From positions 1 to 30,506 of the IMG/VR virus record IMGVR_UViG_3300005521_000785: 30,506 nucleotides of DNA; one strand, given 5' to 3'. How positions within the stretch are numbered: position 1 is the stretch's first letter; each line of letters begins with the position of its first letter. The stretch is from a virus. Taxonomy: Duplodnaviria; Caudoviricetes. A program made the translations under genes and the position numbers. Of this stretch, positions 7,523 through 16,341 are shown piece after piece. The notes beneath the pieces were generated by a model. It saw only the letters and a program-made list of their open reading frames with translations. It ran no database searches and was not told the origin of the DNA.

Positions 7523-8251
7523 ATGGTTAAAATTATTGCAGAGATAGGGTTTAATCATCTCGGTAAATTTGATATAGCTAACGAATATCTGGATATTTTA
7601 TTGGAAACAGATGTTGACTGCATCACTTTCCAGATAAGAGAAAAGGAGCATCAACTAAAAGGTCCTCACAAATATTTTAGCGAAAAACAGCTTAGCTCCC
7701 TATTTTCAAGGATAAAAGCTTCGGAGAAACAAGTTGGGGTAGCTATTGCTGATATTGATTATATTCCTTTCTTGGAAATGTCAAAGGTTGATTTTTACAA
7801 AGTGATTAGAAATGATATAACAAATAGACCCTTGTTGGATCAACTTAGAGAAACGGGCAAACCAGTCTATGTGTCAACTGGAATGGCTTCGGAGGAGGAG
7901 ATAGAAAACTTCACGAGTTATTTTAAGGGAAATTTTAAACTTGTTCATACTCAATTGTCTTATTCGATAGAGGATTGTAATTTGAAAAGTATACACAAAA
8001 TGAAGGACTACGACCTAGAAGTAGCTTACGGACATCATTGCAGCGATAGATTGTCCATCTTTATGGCTTTATGTTACGAACCATCTGATATATTTTTATA
8101 TATCAAGGGAAACAAAGACATGGAATATCCTGACGATAAACACGCAATAGAAGTAGGAGCTATGAAGTCATTAATAACTACGATTAGACAGCTTGAAAAA
8201 GCTAAGGGAGACGGAATAAAACAAAAAATGATTAACAAAATAGAAGCATGA
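7523..8251 (+). CDS. Divergent NeuB-like (nonulosonate synthase) TIM-barrel protein, no SAF domain
   Basis: IIAEIGFNHLG, TGKPVYVSTGM and YGHH present; lacks canonical KFQ and E[KR]H motifs. Confidence 0.75.
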   Translation: MVKIIAEIGFNHLGKFDIANEYLDILLETDVDCITFQIREKEHQLKGPHKYFSEKQLSSLFSRIKASEKQVGVAIADIDYIPFLEMSKVDFYKVIRNDITNRPLLDQLRETGKPVYVSTGMASEEEIENFTSYFKGNFKLVHTQLSYSIEDCNLKSIHKMKDYDLEVAYGHHCSDRLSIFMALCYEPSDIFLYIKGNKDMEYPDDKHAIEVGAMKSLITTIRQLEKAKGDGIKQKMINKIEA

Positions 8252-8895
8252 AAAAAGCATTAGTATTAGCGGGAAGCAGAGGCATCGGAGCAGGAATAAG
8301 CGACTCCTTGAGGGGAGTTGGAATCGAAGTGCAAGCGCTATCTTCTAAGGATTGCGATACTTCGGACATTTCCTCTATAGATAAAATAGGTCACAGCGAT
8401 GAAGCGTACGATATTGTAGTTCTGAATACAGGAGGACCTCCATCTATGAATTTTTATGACATAAAACAAGAGGACTGCGAAAAGTACCACAATCAACTTT
8501 TTTATGGATTTTTTCGTTTATTACAGAATTTAAAAATAAATGATAATGGATATGTATTTTTGATATCTTCCTATAACGTGAAAGAGCCCGACGCAAAACT
8601 TATACTGTCGAACGCCTATCGTCTTGCTTTTATAAGCGTTTTCAAATGTCTAAGCAAGATGTTTGCTGAGAGAAATATAACGACCATAAATATAGCACCA
8701 GGTCCAATAGATACAGATAGACTTAGAAGCTTAGTTTCGGACTACGAATCTTTAAACAAAAAAATACCCCTAGGAAGACCAGGGGAAAGTAAGGAAATAG
8801 GTGATTTTGTAAAATCTATAGTTGAAAATAATATCAAATATATTACGGGTGTTACTATTAACTTTGACGGAGGGAAATCTAACTACGTATTATAA
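8248..8895 (+). CDS. Short-chain dehydrogenase/reductase (SDR)
   Basis: AGSRGIG, LNTGGPP, SNAYR (atypical active site), IAPGPIDTDRL, IPLGRPG, YITGVTINFDGG. Confidence 0.88.
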   Translation: MKKALVLAGSRGIGAGISDSLRGVGIEVQALSSKDCDTSDISSIDKIGHSDEAYDIVVLNTGGPPSMNFYDIKQEDCEKYHNQLFYGFFRLLQNLKINDNGYVFLISSYNVKEPDAKLILSNAYRLAFISVFKCLSKMFAERNITTINIAPGPIDTDRLRSLVSDYESLNKKIPLGRPGESKEIGDFVKSIVENNIKYITGVTINFDGGKSNYVL

Positions 8896-8898
8896 GTC

Positions 8899-9537
8899 AT
8901 GGTCTATTTCGTAATACCAGCAAGAAAGAATTCAAAAGGACTTCCGTTCAAGAACAGAACTCTCTTCGACCTTACTGCAGGTTCCATCCCAGAAGAGATG
9001 CGTCCTAAAACAATAGTAAGCACCGACGACGAAGAACTTTTAAAAAAAGCTAGTTATAATTACGGCTTTATTGCAAAGAGAAGACCGAAGGAGCTGTCTT
9101 TAGATAGTGCGACACCCAAAAGCGCCATGAAACACGCAACAGAGTCAGCTAACTTAAGCAAAGAAGACCTTGTTGTATCATTGTATTTGACTTATCCAAA
9201 AAGAAATTTTGAAGACGTAGAAAAAGCCTTATCTTTTATGAAGAAAAATAAAGCTTCATCCCTGCTTTGTCGTAAAGACCTCAAGACTCATCCTTACTTA
9301 TGCCTCCATTCAAAAGAAGACGGAATACGAGGAGCGCAAATTATAGAGCACGATTTACACAGAAGGCAGGACTATCCAGAATGTTTTGAGATATGTCATT
9401 ATATTTGCGCGTTCAAAGTTTTTGAGTTAGAAAACTTAAATAATAATCTATATAATGCAGATACGATATTTTATCCGATAGGGGACAATTTAAACATAGA
9501 TACTCCTGAAGATTTAGCAGAACTACATGAGAACTAA
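8899..9537 (+). CDS. neuA: Acylneuraminate (nonulosonate) cytidylyltransferase
   Basis: IPARKNSKGLPFKN, VSTDD, RPKELSLD, RRQD, IDTPEDL. Confidence 0.9.
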   Translation: MVYFVIPARKNSKGLPFKNRTLFDLTAGSIPEEMRPKTIVSTDDEELLKKASYNYGFIAKRRPKELSLDSATPKSAMKHATESANLSKEDLVVSLYLTYPKRNFEDVEKALSFMKKNKASSLLCRKDLKTHPYLCLHSKEDGIRGAQIIEHDLHRRQDYPECFEICHYICAFKVFELENLNNNLYNADTIFYPIGDNLNIDTPEDLAELHEN

Positions 9538-10345
9538 AATTATAGCAGAGATAGGGATAAACCACAACGGTGATTTAAGTGTCGCAAAAAAACTGATTGA
9601 TATGGCGATTCTTGCTGGATGTGATAGCGTTAAGTTTCAAAAGCGTAACCCAGATTTATGCGTTCCAGAACATCAAAAAAACCAACCAAAAAGTACTCCG
9701 TGGGGAGATATGACTTATCTTGAATATAAATATAGAATAGAATTTGATAGGGAACAATATAAAGAAATTTTTAATTATTGTGAGAGTAAGAACATTGAGT
9801 GCTTTGCCAGTGTTTGGGATGAGGATTCTGTTGATTTTATGCATGAGTTTTCTGATACCGCCAAAATCCCATCTGCTTTGATTACTAATTTAAAATTATG
9901 CGAATATGCAAGATGGAAAAATAAAGAATTATTAATCTCTACAGGTATGTCTACAGAAAAGGAAATAGAGCGGTGCGTTGAAGTCTGTGGTCCAGATGTA
10001 ATTTTTCATACCAACTCCACCTATCCATCTCCTGTTTCGGAGCTCAATCTTTCATATATAACTTGGTTAAAGGAGAGATATCCTTATTCGATTATTGGAT
10101 ATAGCGGTCACGAATACGGTTTAACAACAACTTTTGCAGCCGTCGCGATGGGAGCTAAGTTTATCGAAAGGCATATAACTCTAGAAAGGACTATGTGGGG
10201 GTCCGATCAAGTCGCTTCTGTAGAACCTGCAGGATTAATTAAAATGGTAAAAGGTATCAGGGATATAGAAAAAGCCATAGGAAAAGCTGGCCCACGAATC
10301 CTACTAAGTGGAGAAAAGGAAAAACGAAAATCGCTGAGGAAATAG
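9527..10345 (+). CDS. neuB: N-acetylneuraminate/nonulosonate synthase (NeuB family), no SAF domain
   Basis: IIAEIGINHNGD, VKFQKR, KIPSA, ISTGMS, HTNSTYP, GYSGHE, IERHITL, GSDQ. Confidence 0.93.
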   Translation: MRTKIIAEIGINHNGDLSVAKKLIDMAILAGCDSVKFQKRNPDLCVPEHQKNQPKSTPWGDMTYLEYKYRIEFDREQYKEIFNYCESKNIECFASVWDEDSVDFMHEFSDTAKIPSALITNLKLCEYARWKNKELLISTGMSTEKEIERCVEVCGPDVIFHTNSTYPSPVSELNLSYITWLKERYPYSIIGYSGHEYGLTTTFAAVAMGAKFIERHITLERTMWGSDQVASVEPAGLIKMVKGIRDIEKAIGKAGPRILLSGEKEKRKSLRK

Positions 10346-10347
10346 AA

Positions 10348-11076
10348 ATGGACAAACAAAAACTAAAAGAACTAGAAGAGGACGGCTACACAATTATAAA
10401 AAATGTATTTTCCAACGAAGAGATAGCTGATTTTAGAGAAGCCGCAAAAGAGTATTTTGACAATAATCCATATCTTCACTGGGGTAATAATGATACAGAA
10501 ATAAAAAGTAAAATTCTTCCAGGTTGGTGTGATAACGAATTCTTAAATAAAGTTAAAGGAAAGAAGCTCTCGCAGATAGCAAGTCTTCCTAGCGATAAAC
10601 GTATAGTTTCTTTATTAAATTATTTTTTCAAAGGAGAAGAATGGATTTTTATGAACGAAAGCGACCTTCATGAAAACGTAAATACTCCTGAGTGGCATAG
10701 CGATTCCATTAATCAGGTTACGGACTTCGAAAAAGAAAAAATTCTTAAGACCTGTATTCTTTTACAGGATCATTTAGATGACGAAACGGGCTTATGGATG
10801 AAACCAAAGACTCATCTTCGCACGGACTGGAGAGACAGGGGAAGAGAATGCAATGACCTGCCAAGTAAATCAATAAACAGTGAGGCGGGGGATATAGTAT
10901 TATTTAATCAATACGCAATCCATAAGGGTCAAGATGGTAATCCGAGCTACTACGAAAGATACAAAAGAAACAGATATTTTATGACTTTGTCTTTCGGAAT
11001 AAATAACGAATACACAAAAACTCAGATGGAACATACAAGAGCTAGGCAACTAGACCAACAAAAAGATATGACTTAA
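10348..11076 (+). CDS. PhyH-like Fe(II)/2OG dioxygenase
   Basis: LEEDGYTIIKNVFS N-terminus, WHSD (HxD), PKTH, AGDIVLFNQYAIHKG, distal Arg. Confidence 0.85.
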   Translation: MDKQKLKELEEDGYTIIKNVFSNEEIADFREAAKEYFDNNPYLHWGNNDTEIKSKILPGWCDNEFLNKVKGKKLSQIASLPSDKRIVSLLNYFFKGEEWIFMNESDLHENVNTPEWHSDSINQVTDFEKEKILKTCILLQDHLDDETGLWMKPKTHLRTDWRDRGRECNDLPSKSINSEAGDIVLFNQYAIHKGQDGNPSYYERYKRNRYFMTLSFGINNEYTKTQMEHTRARQLDQQKDMT

Positions 11077-11762
11077 TGCACTCGTATCTAAGAGAATATA
11101 AAGATAAACATAAAAAGCAATCTGCAGTTTTGTTTGCTTCTGGACCTACTTTAAATTTATATAAGCGCTCCATTATACCTGAAAAAAAATTTATAAGCGT
11201 AGGGGTTAATTCTGTTATTTTTAATGATTTAATAGAGTTGGACTATTATTTTTGCGGAGATGATCCAGAAAAAAAATACGACAATGATCATCCCCACAGA
11301 AACCTTTGTAATCTTACGCAAGTTGAAAAAACGGCAAAAAAATCAAAGTCAGTTAAAACATTCTGCGTTGTTTCTATAGATGGGCATTGGCCAGGTCCAA
11401 GCGGACTTTTGTTTTCTAAAGACGATGTAGCTAGAATGCAAGCAAACCCCATCGAATTGACATCTTCTTCTGGGCCGAAAAACTTTAGGAAAGACATAAC
11501 CTCGGGACCGATGTACAACCATAGTATAGTTTTTCCTGCTATACAATTTTTGCTCTATACGGGCGTAGAGAAGTTATATCTTGTAGGGCACGACCAAGGA
11601 GGTAAACATGCATATTTTTACACAGGCGGAGACGATTGGAAGGATGACCAAGTTTGGAACTGGAGAGAATTTAAACAATTTAAAGAAGAAGAATATCCTC
11701 ATGTCAAAATTATATCTGTTGAGCCAAGAGGGTTAAAAGGTTTTTTCGAGGACATGACGTGA
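11076..11762 (+). CDS. Maf/MptE-like (DUF115)/GT42-like protein, candidate nonulosonyltransferase
   Basis: YKDKHK..AVLFASGPTL, VGVN, DYYFCGD, AIQFLLYTGVEKLYLVGHD. Confidence 0.65.
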   Translation: MHSYLREYKDKHKKQSAVLFASGPTLNLYKRSIIPEKKFISVGVNSVIFNDLIELDYYFCGDDPEKKYDNDHPHRNLCNLTQVEKTAKKSKSVKTFCVVSIDGHWPGPSGLLFSKDDVARMQANPIELTSSSGPKNFRKDITSGPMYNHSIVFPAIQFLLYTGVEKLYLVGHDQGGKHAYFYTGGDDWKDDQVWNWREFKQFKEEEYPHVKIISVEPRGLKGFFEDMT

Positions 11763-12505
11763 AGGGGATAGTTTTTACATTCGATGATGACGTAGTTTCT
11801 CACTGTACGGTGGTCGCTCCGATATTTCAAGAATACGATTACTCTTGTACTTTCTTTTTAAACTTTAATAGAAGCTTAAATCTTTGGGGTGGAGCTTGCC
11901 CGACTATGACAGAAGAACAGATCGCATCTCTTTATGAAATGGGATTTGAGATAGGAAATCATACGTATTGCCATAGGCTAGCTACTGCAATTTCAAGCGA
12001 AGAACTAACGGATAGCATAAAAAAAGTTAACAGTATAATAGAGGAGTCCTATAGACAAGAAAAACCGTTAACATTTTGTTATCCAGCTTACGTATCAAAC
12101 TCTTCTACCCGAGATACTTTGGAATCTTTGGGGTTTAGGCTTGCTAGGATAGGATATGAAAGAATGGAGACTGGACAGGAAGAAAAACAAAAATGGCATA
12201 CATATAATCGTCCTAACACATGGAAAAGAAATCAATCCCACTATTACATTCCCAAGAAAAGCGATAGATTCGAGGTGAAATGTTGTGGTTTATTTTGTCC
12301 AGATTACAATATTGAAAATTTTATAGAAGATATTAGTCTATGCCCAAAAGATGGGTATTGTGTTTTTACGGGGCATCTATTTCATTCTAACGAGGAGGAT
12401 AAGTGTTTTCAAGATTCTGTACCTATAAGTTTTCTAGAGAAAGCGCTGCGGCATTGCAGAGATAAAAACTTTGACGTCCTAAACCTGAAGGATTTACCTA
12501 TATGA
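11759..12505 (+). CDS. Polysaccharide deacetylase (CE4/NodB)
   Basis: FTFDD, EIGNHTYCH, FCYP, GH motifs; GTG start overlapping the upstream stop. Confidence 0.88.
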   Translation: MKGIVFTFDDDVVSHCTVVAPIFQEYDYSCTFFLNFNRSLNLWGGACPTMTEEQIASLYEMGFEIGNHTYCHRLATAISSEELTDSIKKVNSIIEESYRQEKPLTFCYPAYVSNSSTRDTLESLGFRLARIGYERMETGQEEKQKWHTYNRPNTWKRNQSHYYIPKKSDRFEVKCCGLFCPDYNIENFIEDISLCPKDGYCVFTGHLFHSNEEDKCFQDSVPISFLEKALRHCRDKNFDVLNLKDLPI

Positions 12506-13209
12506 AGTACTGTTATGTATCAAGTTTTTATTTTGGGTCAAGAAGAGTCTTTCCGCAGCTTTACGAAGAAGACAGATTGTTGTTCTTGAAAAAACATCTG
12601 TCGAAGCTTAAAAAGCTCAAGCATAACATTAGCCTAGCCGTATTTGTAATAAACCGAGCTGATGGTTTAGAGAGCATAGAGAAAGAAGCTCAAGAATTGA
12701 TACTTCAATTCAAAGACATAAAAACAGATATAATCTTAAGAGATAATATTGATGGTTCTTATGGTTGTTGGGAAGACGCTTTAAAAAAACATTCTGAAGA
12801 ATTTGATTATTGTTTTCTAATAGAAGACGATTATGTTCCTGTGAGTGATAATTTTGATAAAAAATTCCAAGAACATCTAAAGCGAGAAAAAGATATTTAT
12901 GCTTGTCAGTTGTGGTGGAATGAGTTCGGAGGTTATCATGCGGGCATCTCTAATGGTTTAATTAAGTGTTCCGCTTTCCGAGAAAAGGGGGAATTTAGCT
13001 TAAATAGGAACGTACACTCTTATGGGCCAGCAGAGCATAATCAAATGAATTTTCTACGTAATTTTACTGACGATGGTTGGGCTGTTGTTGATATTTGTAA
13101 AAAGTATAAAAATTTATTTTTGAATTACCAAAATAATATAGTTTGTTATGGAAACGAGAAGGGGGAAGAGCTAATAAGGCCCATTCATGACAAAGTGGGA
13201 GAATGTTAA
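12502..13209 (+). CDS. GT-A fold glycosyltransferase-like protein
   Basis: RDNIDGSYG, YCFLIEDDY (ExD) motifs; ATGA overlap. Confidence 0.65.
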   Translation: MKYCYVSSFYFGSRRVFPQLYEEDRLLFLKKHLSKLKKLKHNISLAVFVINRADGLESIEKEAQELILQFKDIKTDIILRDNIDGSYGCWEDALKKHSEEFDYCFLIEDDYVPVSDNFDKKFQEHLKREKDIYACQLWWNEFGGYHAGISNGLIKCSAFREKGEFSLNRNVHSYGPAEHNQMNFLRNFTDDGWAVVDICKKYKNLFLNYQNNIVCYGNEKGEELIRPIHDKVGEC

Positions 13210-13212
13210 ACT

Positions 13213-13671
13213 ATGACAGATATAAGTATTAGAAAAATGATGAAGTTAGATGGCGAATTTGTTCTAGAGATTAGAAACGATGATTCTACTAGGAGTAAAC
13301 TACATAATAGTAGCAAATTTACCTTAGAGCAATTTAACAGCTTCTATGAAGCGAAAAAACCATATTGGCTTATTGCGTCTTGTAATGGGGAAGATTTTGG
13401 TTATTTCAGGACTGACCATGTGGATAAAGAGAATAAAAGCATTCAGGTGGGAATGGATATACACCCAGATAAACGGGGAAAAGGGTTGGCGAGGCCATCT
13501 TACGATAAGCTGTTTAGCTATTTAAAGAATGAAGGGTTTAAAATGGTTTGGCTAGAAGTCTTGAAAAGTAACGCTCTAGCTTATAGTTTATATAAAAAAA
13601 TAGGCTTTTCAGAAACAGAAAAGTGTAAATATGGTGAGGATGAATCGATTCGAATGGAAAGGTCCATTTGA
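13213..13671 (+). CDS. GNAT N-acetyltransferase (PseH/RimJ-like)
   Basis: EIRND, IHPDKRGKGLA (motif A), LEVLKSNALAYSLYKKIGF (motif B). Confidence 0.9.
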   Translation: MTDISIRKMMKLDGEFVLEIRNDDSTRSKLHNSSKFTLEQFNSFYEAKKPYWLIASCNGEDFGYFRTDHVDKENKSIQVGMDIHPDKRGKGLARPSYDKLFSYLKNEGFKMVWLEVLKSNALAYSLYKKIGFSETEKCKYGEDESIRMERSI

Positions 13672-13686
13672 TTTCTTCGCTAAAAA

Positions 13687-14553
13687 ATGAAAAACCTAAA
13701 GATTCAAGTTATTCTTTTTTATTATAACAGGCCAAGCTTAGTCAAGCATATGGCCTTGAAGACAATGCTTGAGTCTGATTATGATAATTGGGAATTATCT
13801 TTCGTGGATGATAGTAGCGACCAACACTCAGATGAAATTTTAGAAATATTTTTTGAAGAAAATCCACAATATAAAGATAAGAAAGACAGGGTAAAAATAT
13901 TTAAAACTAACGATTCTATTGAAGAAAAAAAAGAAAGAGGAGAAGCGATATTTGGTTTAGTAGCTAACGACTCCATGCGGGAAAGCGACGCCGAAATAAC
14001 TTTGATGTTATGCGACGACGATGGCGTCATTCATGACTACTTGTCAAAATTAAATTCTTATTATCTAAACAACCCAGAGAGAATCCATTCTTATTCTAAG
14101 GTCATTCCTTATAACCCACTAAAAGGAAGAAAAACAGAAGCGAAAAAGGGAGAGTGGGTGGAGGGTAACAGCGGTTTAGAATACAAAGAATTTTCGTTCA
14201 TGCCAGAAAACTATTTAAATTGCCGAGGAGATAGCCCTCACGCAGAAAACAGCTTAGACTCTTCTCAGGTCTCATGGAGAAGGAGTAAAGCTATTGAAGA
14301 TGAAGTTTTATTTCCTTACCCTAAAACATCTAATCTAGATGCCGTTATATATAATAAAATGGATAAAAAATGGGGAGAGTGTCATTTTAATGGAATTATC
14401 GGACAGTACAAAGCTTTCTGGGAAGGTCAAAACGCATATCGTCAAGATGCAGAAGTAGAGAAAAGGTTTAATCAAGTAGATTTGTCCGCGCAAGAATTAG
14501 AGGAGTGCGGAAGGTCAAAGACTAAAACTTTGAAAAACGGTGAAACAATTTGA
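13687..14553 (+). CDS. GT2-family glycosyltransferase
   Basis: YNRP, YDNWELSFVDDSS, MLCDDD motifs. Confidence 0.8.
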   Translation: MKNLKIQVILFYYNRPSLVKHMALKTMLESDYDNWELSFVDDSSDQHSDEILEIFFEENPQYKDKKDRVKIFKTNDSIEEKKERGEAIFGLVANDSMRESDAEITLMLCDDDGVIHDYLSKLNSYYLNNPERIHSYSKVIPYNPLKGRKTEAKKGEWVEGNSGLEYKEFSFMPENYLNCRGDSPHAENSLDSSQVSWRRSKAIEDEVLFPYPKTSNLDAVIYNKMDKKWGECHFNGIIGQYKAFWEGQNAYRQDAEVEKRFNQVDLSAQELEECGRSKTKTLKNGETI

Positions 14554-14583
14554 TTTTAAAATATATTAAGTTATTTTAAATAA

Positions 14584-15537
14584 ATGAATTTGCTTGTTAC
14601 GGGAGGTTGTGGTTTTATAGGTTCAAACTTCATAAGGGTCGCTTTAGATAAAGGAGGCGTTAAAAACTTGGTTAACGTAGACAAAATGACCTATGCTGCG
14701 GACGCTGAAAATACAAAAGAATTTGAAGATAGATCAGAATATTCACATGAAAATTTTTGCTTAACTGATTATGATAGGCTCTGGGAGACCTGCAAAGATA
14801 GCGACATAACTGACATAGTTCATTTTGCAGCGGAAACCCATGTAGATAATTCAATTAAAGGTTCTAAAGTTTTTATACAATCTAACGTAGTTGCTACGCA
14901 CTCCATACTTGAAGCGTGTAAAGACAGAGACATAAGACTTCACCACATCTCTACTGATGAAGTATATGGGGAAGTGTTTGGAGACGACAGATTTTCAGAA
15001 GAAAGCCACTACGACCCAAAAAATCCATACTCAGCAACGAAAGCTGCTTCGGATTTTTTAGTAAGGTCTTACGTTAATACTTACGGACTTAGGGCAACCA
15101 TTTCTAACTGCAGCAATAATTACGGACCTAACCAGCATGACGAAAAATTGGTTCCGACGATAATACGTAGCTTGTTAAACAATGAATTGATACCAGTTTA
15201 TGGACAAGGAGCAAATGTAAGAGACTGGATTTATGTAGATGATCATTGCGAAGCTATATGGTCGATTCTAAAAGAAGGAAAGATAGGCGATACTTACTTA
15301 GTCGGAGCAGATACAGAAAGAACAAACATGCAAACGATTACATCTATATGTGACTTAATGGAAAGAACAATTTCAAGCTCCATAAAGTTCGTAGAAGATA
15401 GAGCAGGGCATGATCTCAGATACGCAATAGACGGCTCAAAGCTTAAAGAGGAATTAAATTGGAAACCTCGTTACACTTTCTTAAAGGGGTTAGAAAAAAC
15501 AATTACTTTTTACAAAAAAAAGTATAATTCACCTTAG
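14584..15537 (+). CDS. rfbB: dTDP-glucose 4,6-dehydratase
   Basis: VTGGCGFIGSNF, DKMTYA, HFAAETHVDNSI, HISTDEVYG, YSATKAASD, NCSNNYGP, RDWIYVDDH, DRAGHDLRYAID. Confidence 0.96.
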   Translation: MNLLVTGGCGFIGSNFIRVALDKGGVKNLVNVDKMTYAADAENTKEFEDRSEYSHENFCLTDYDRLWETCKDSDITDIVHFAAETHVDNSIKGSKVFIQSNVVATHSILEACKDRDIRLHHISTDEVYGEVFGDDRFSEESHYDPKNPYSATKAASDFLVRSYVNTYGLRATISNCSNNYGPNQHDEKLVPTIIRSLLNNELIPVYGQGANVRDWIYVDDHCEAIWSILKEGKIGDTYLVGADTERTNMQTITSICDLMERTISSSIKFVEDRAGHDLRYAIDGSKLKEELNWKPRYTFLKGLEKTITFYKKKYNSP

Positions 15538-15541
15538 CTTG

Positions 15542-15552
15542 GGTGTATTATA
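15542..15552 (+). promoter_or_regulatory. RGTGTAWWW motif, candidate phage late promoter
   Basis: GGTGTATTATA in the intergenic gap; GTGTA core 14 nt before the phoH ATG; recurs before four other genes. Confidence 0.5.
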
Positions 15553-15561
15553 CAGAAAGAT

Positions 15562-16341
15562 ATGGCTAATTTAGGCTCAAAGGCTCATCAAACTAGAGCC
15601 GAAATCAAGAAAGAAACTCGTGAAGAAATAGAGGCGTCTCTCGAAGATCGGTTCGAAAACCCTAATCCGATAAAGCGACAAATAAAAATTAATCAGCTTA
15701 ATTGGACCGAAAAACAAAAAGAATTTTTTAAAGTAGCTCTAGATAGAGATACGAAAATAGTATTTGTTAATGGTCCTGCGGGTACAGCAAAGACTTTATT
15801 ATCGGTTTATTGCGGACTTCAACTTTTAAACATGAAGGCAATCTCTGATATAATGTATCTTCGATCAGCGGTAGAGAGTTCGGATAGAAGCTTGGGTTTT
15901 TTACCAGGTAGCGCAGAAGAAAAATTAAGGTTTTATAATTTACCCTTCTTAGATAAGTTAGAAGAGCTACTGCCAAGTAGAAGAGCTTCAAAGCTAGAAG
16001 AAGAAGGTAGAATTTCTATGTTTCCAGTTAATTTTGCTAGGGGAATGAATTGGACGGCGAAATGCATAATTCTTGACGAAGCGCAAAACTCAACGATAAA
16101 AGAAATAGTTACTGTACTAACTCGAATGGGAGAAGGTAGCAGATGTTTTGTTATAGCAGACCCAATGCAAACAGACTTAAAGCATGAGGATAAAGCTCAC
16201 GCTTTTGAAAAAATAATAAAGACCTTCTCGGATAAGGAAAGTTATGATATGGGAATCAAAGTATTTGAATTTTCTGAAGAAGATATAATGAGGTCTGAGC
16301 TAGTTAAGTTCTTGGCTAAAAAATTAAGACAAGTGAAATAA
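15562..16341 (+). CDS. phoH: PhoH-family ATPase
   Basis: GPAGTAKT Walker A, RSAVE, LGFLPG, ARG, ILDEAQN, LTRMGEGS, DPMQTD, DIMRSELV. Confidence 0.93.
   Translation: MANLGSKAHQTRAEIKKETREEIEASLEDRFENPNPIKRQIKINQLNWTEKQKEFFKVALDRDTKIVFVNGPAGTAKTLLSVYCGLQLLNMKAISDIMYLRSAVESSDRSLGFLPGSAEEKLRFYNLPFLDKLEELLPSRRASKLEEEGRISMFPVNFARGMNWTAKCIILDEAQNSTIKEIVTVLTRMGEGSRCFVIADPMQTDLKHEDKAHAFEKIIKTFSDKESYDMGIKVFEFSEEDIMRSELVKFLAKKLRQVK

Noticed and set aside
14550-14583. sigma70 promoter before rfbB (TTGATT...TATTTT)
   Set aside because: Weak boxes with 16-nt spacing in very AT-rich DNA; could be chance.
1543-15537. Ordinary bacterial O-antigen/capsule locus beside a prophage
   Set aside because: No flippase, polymerase, exporter or initiating transferase. 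It is flanked on both sides by phage-type genes and no att site or integrase is visible. Chimeric assembly cannot be fully excluded.
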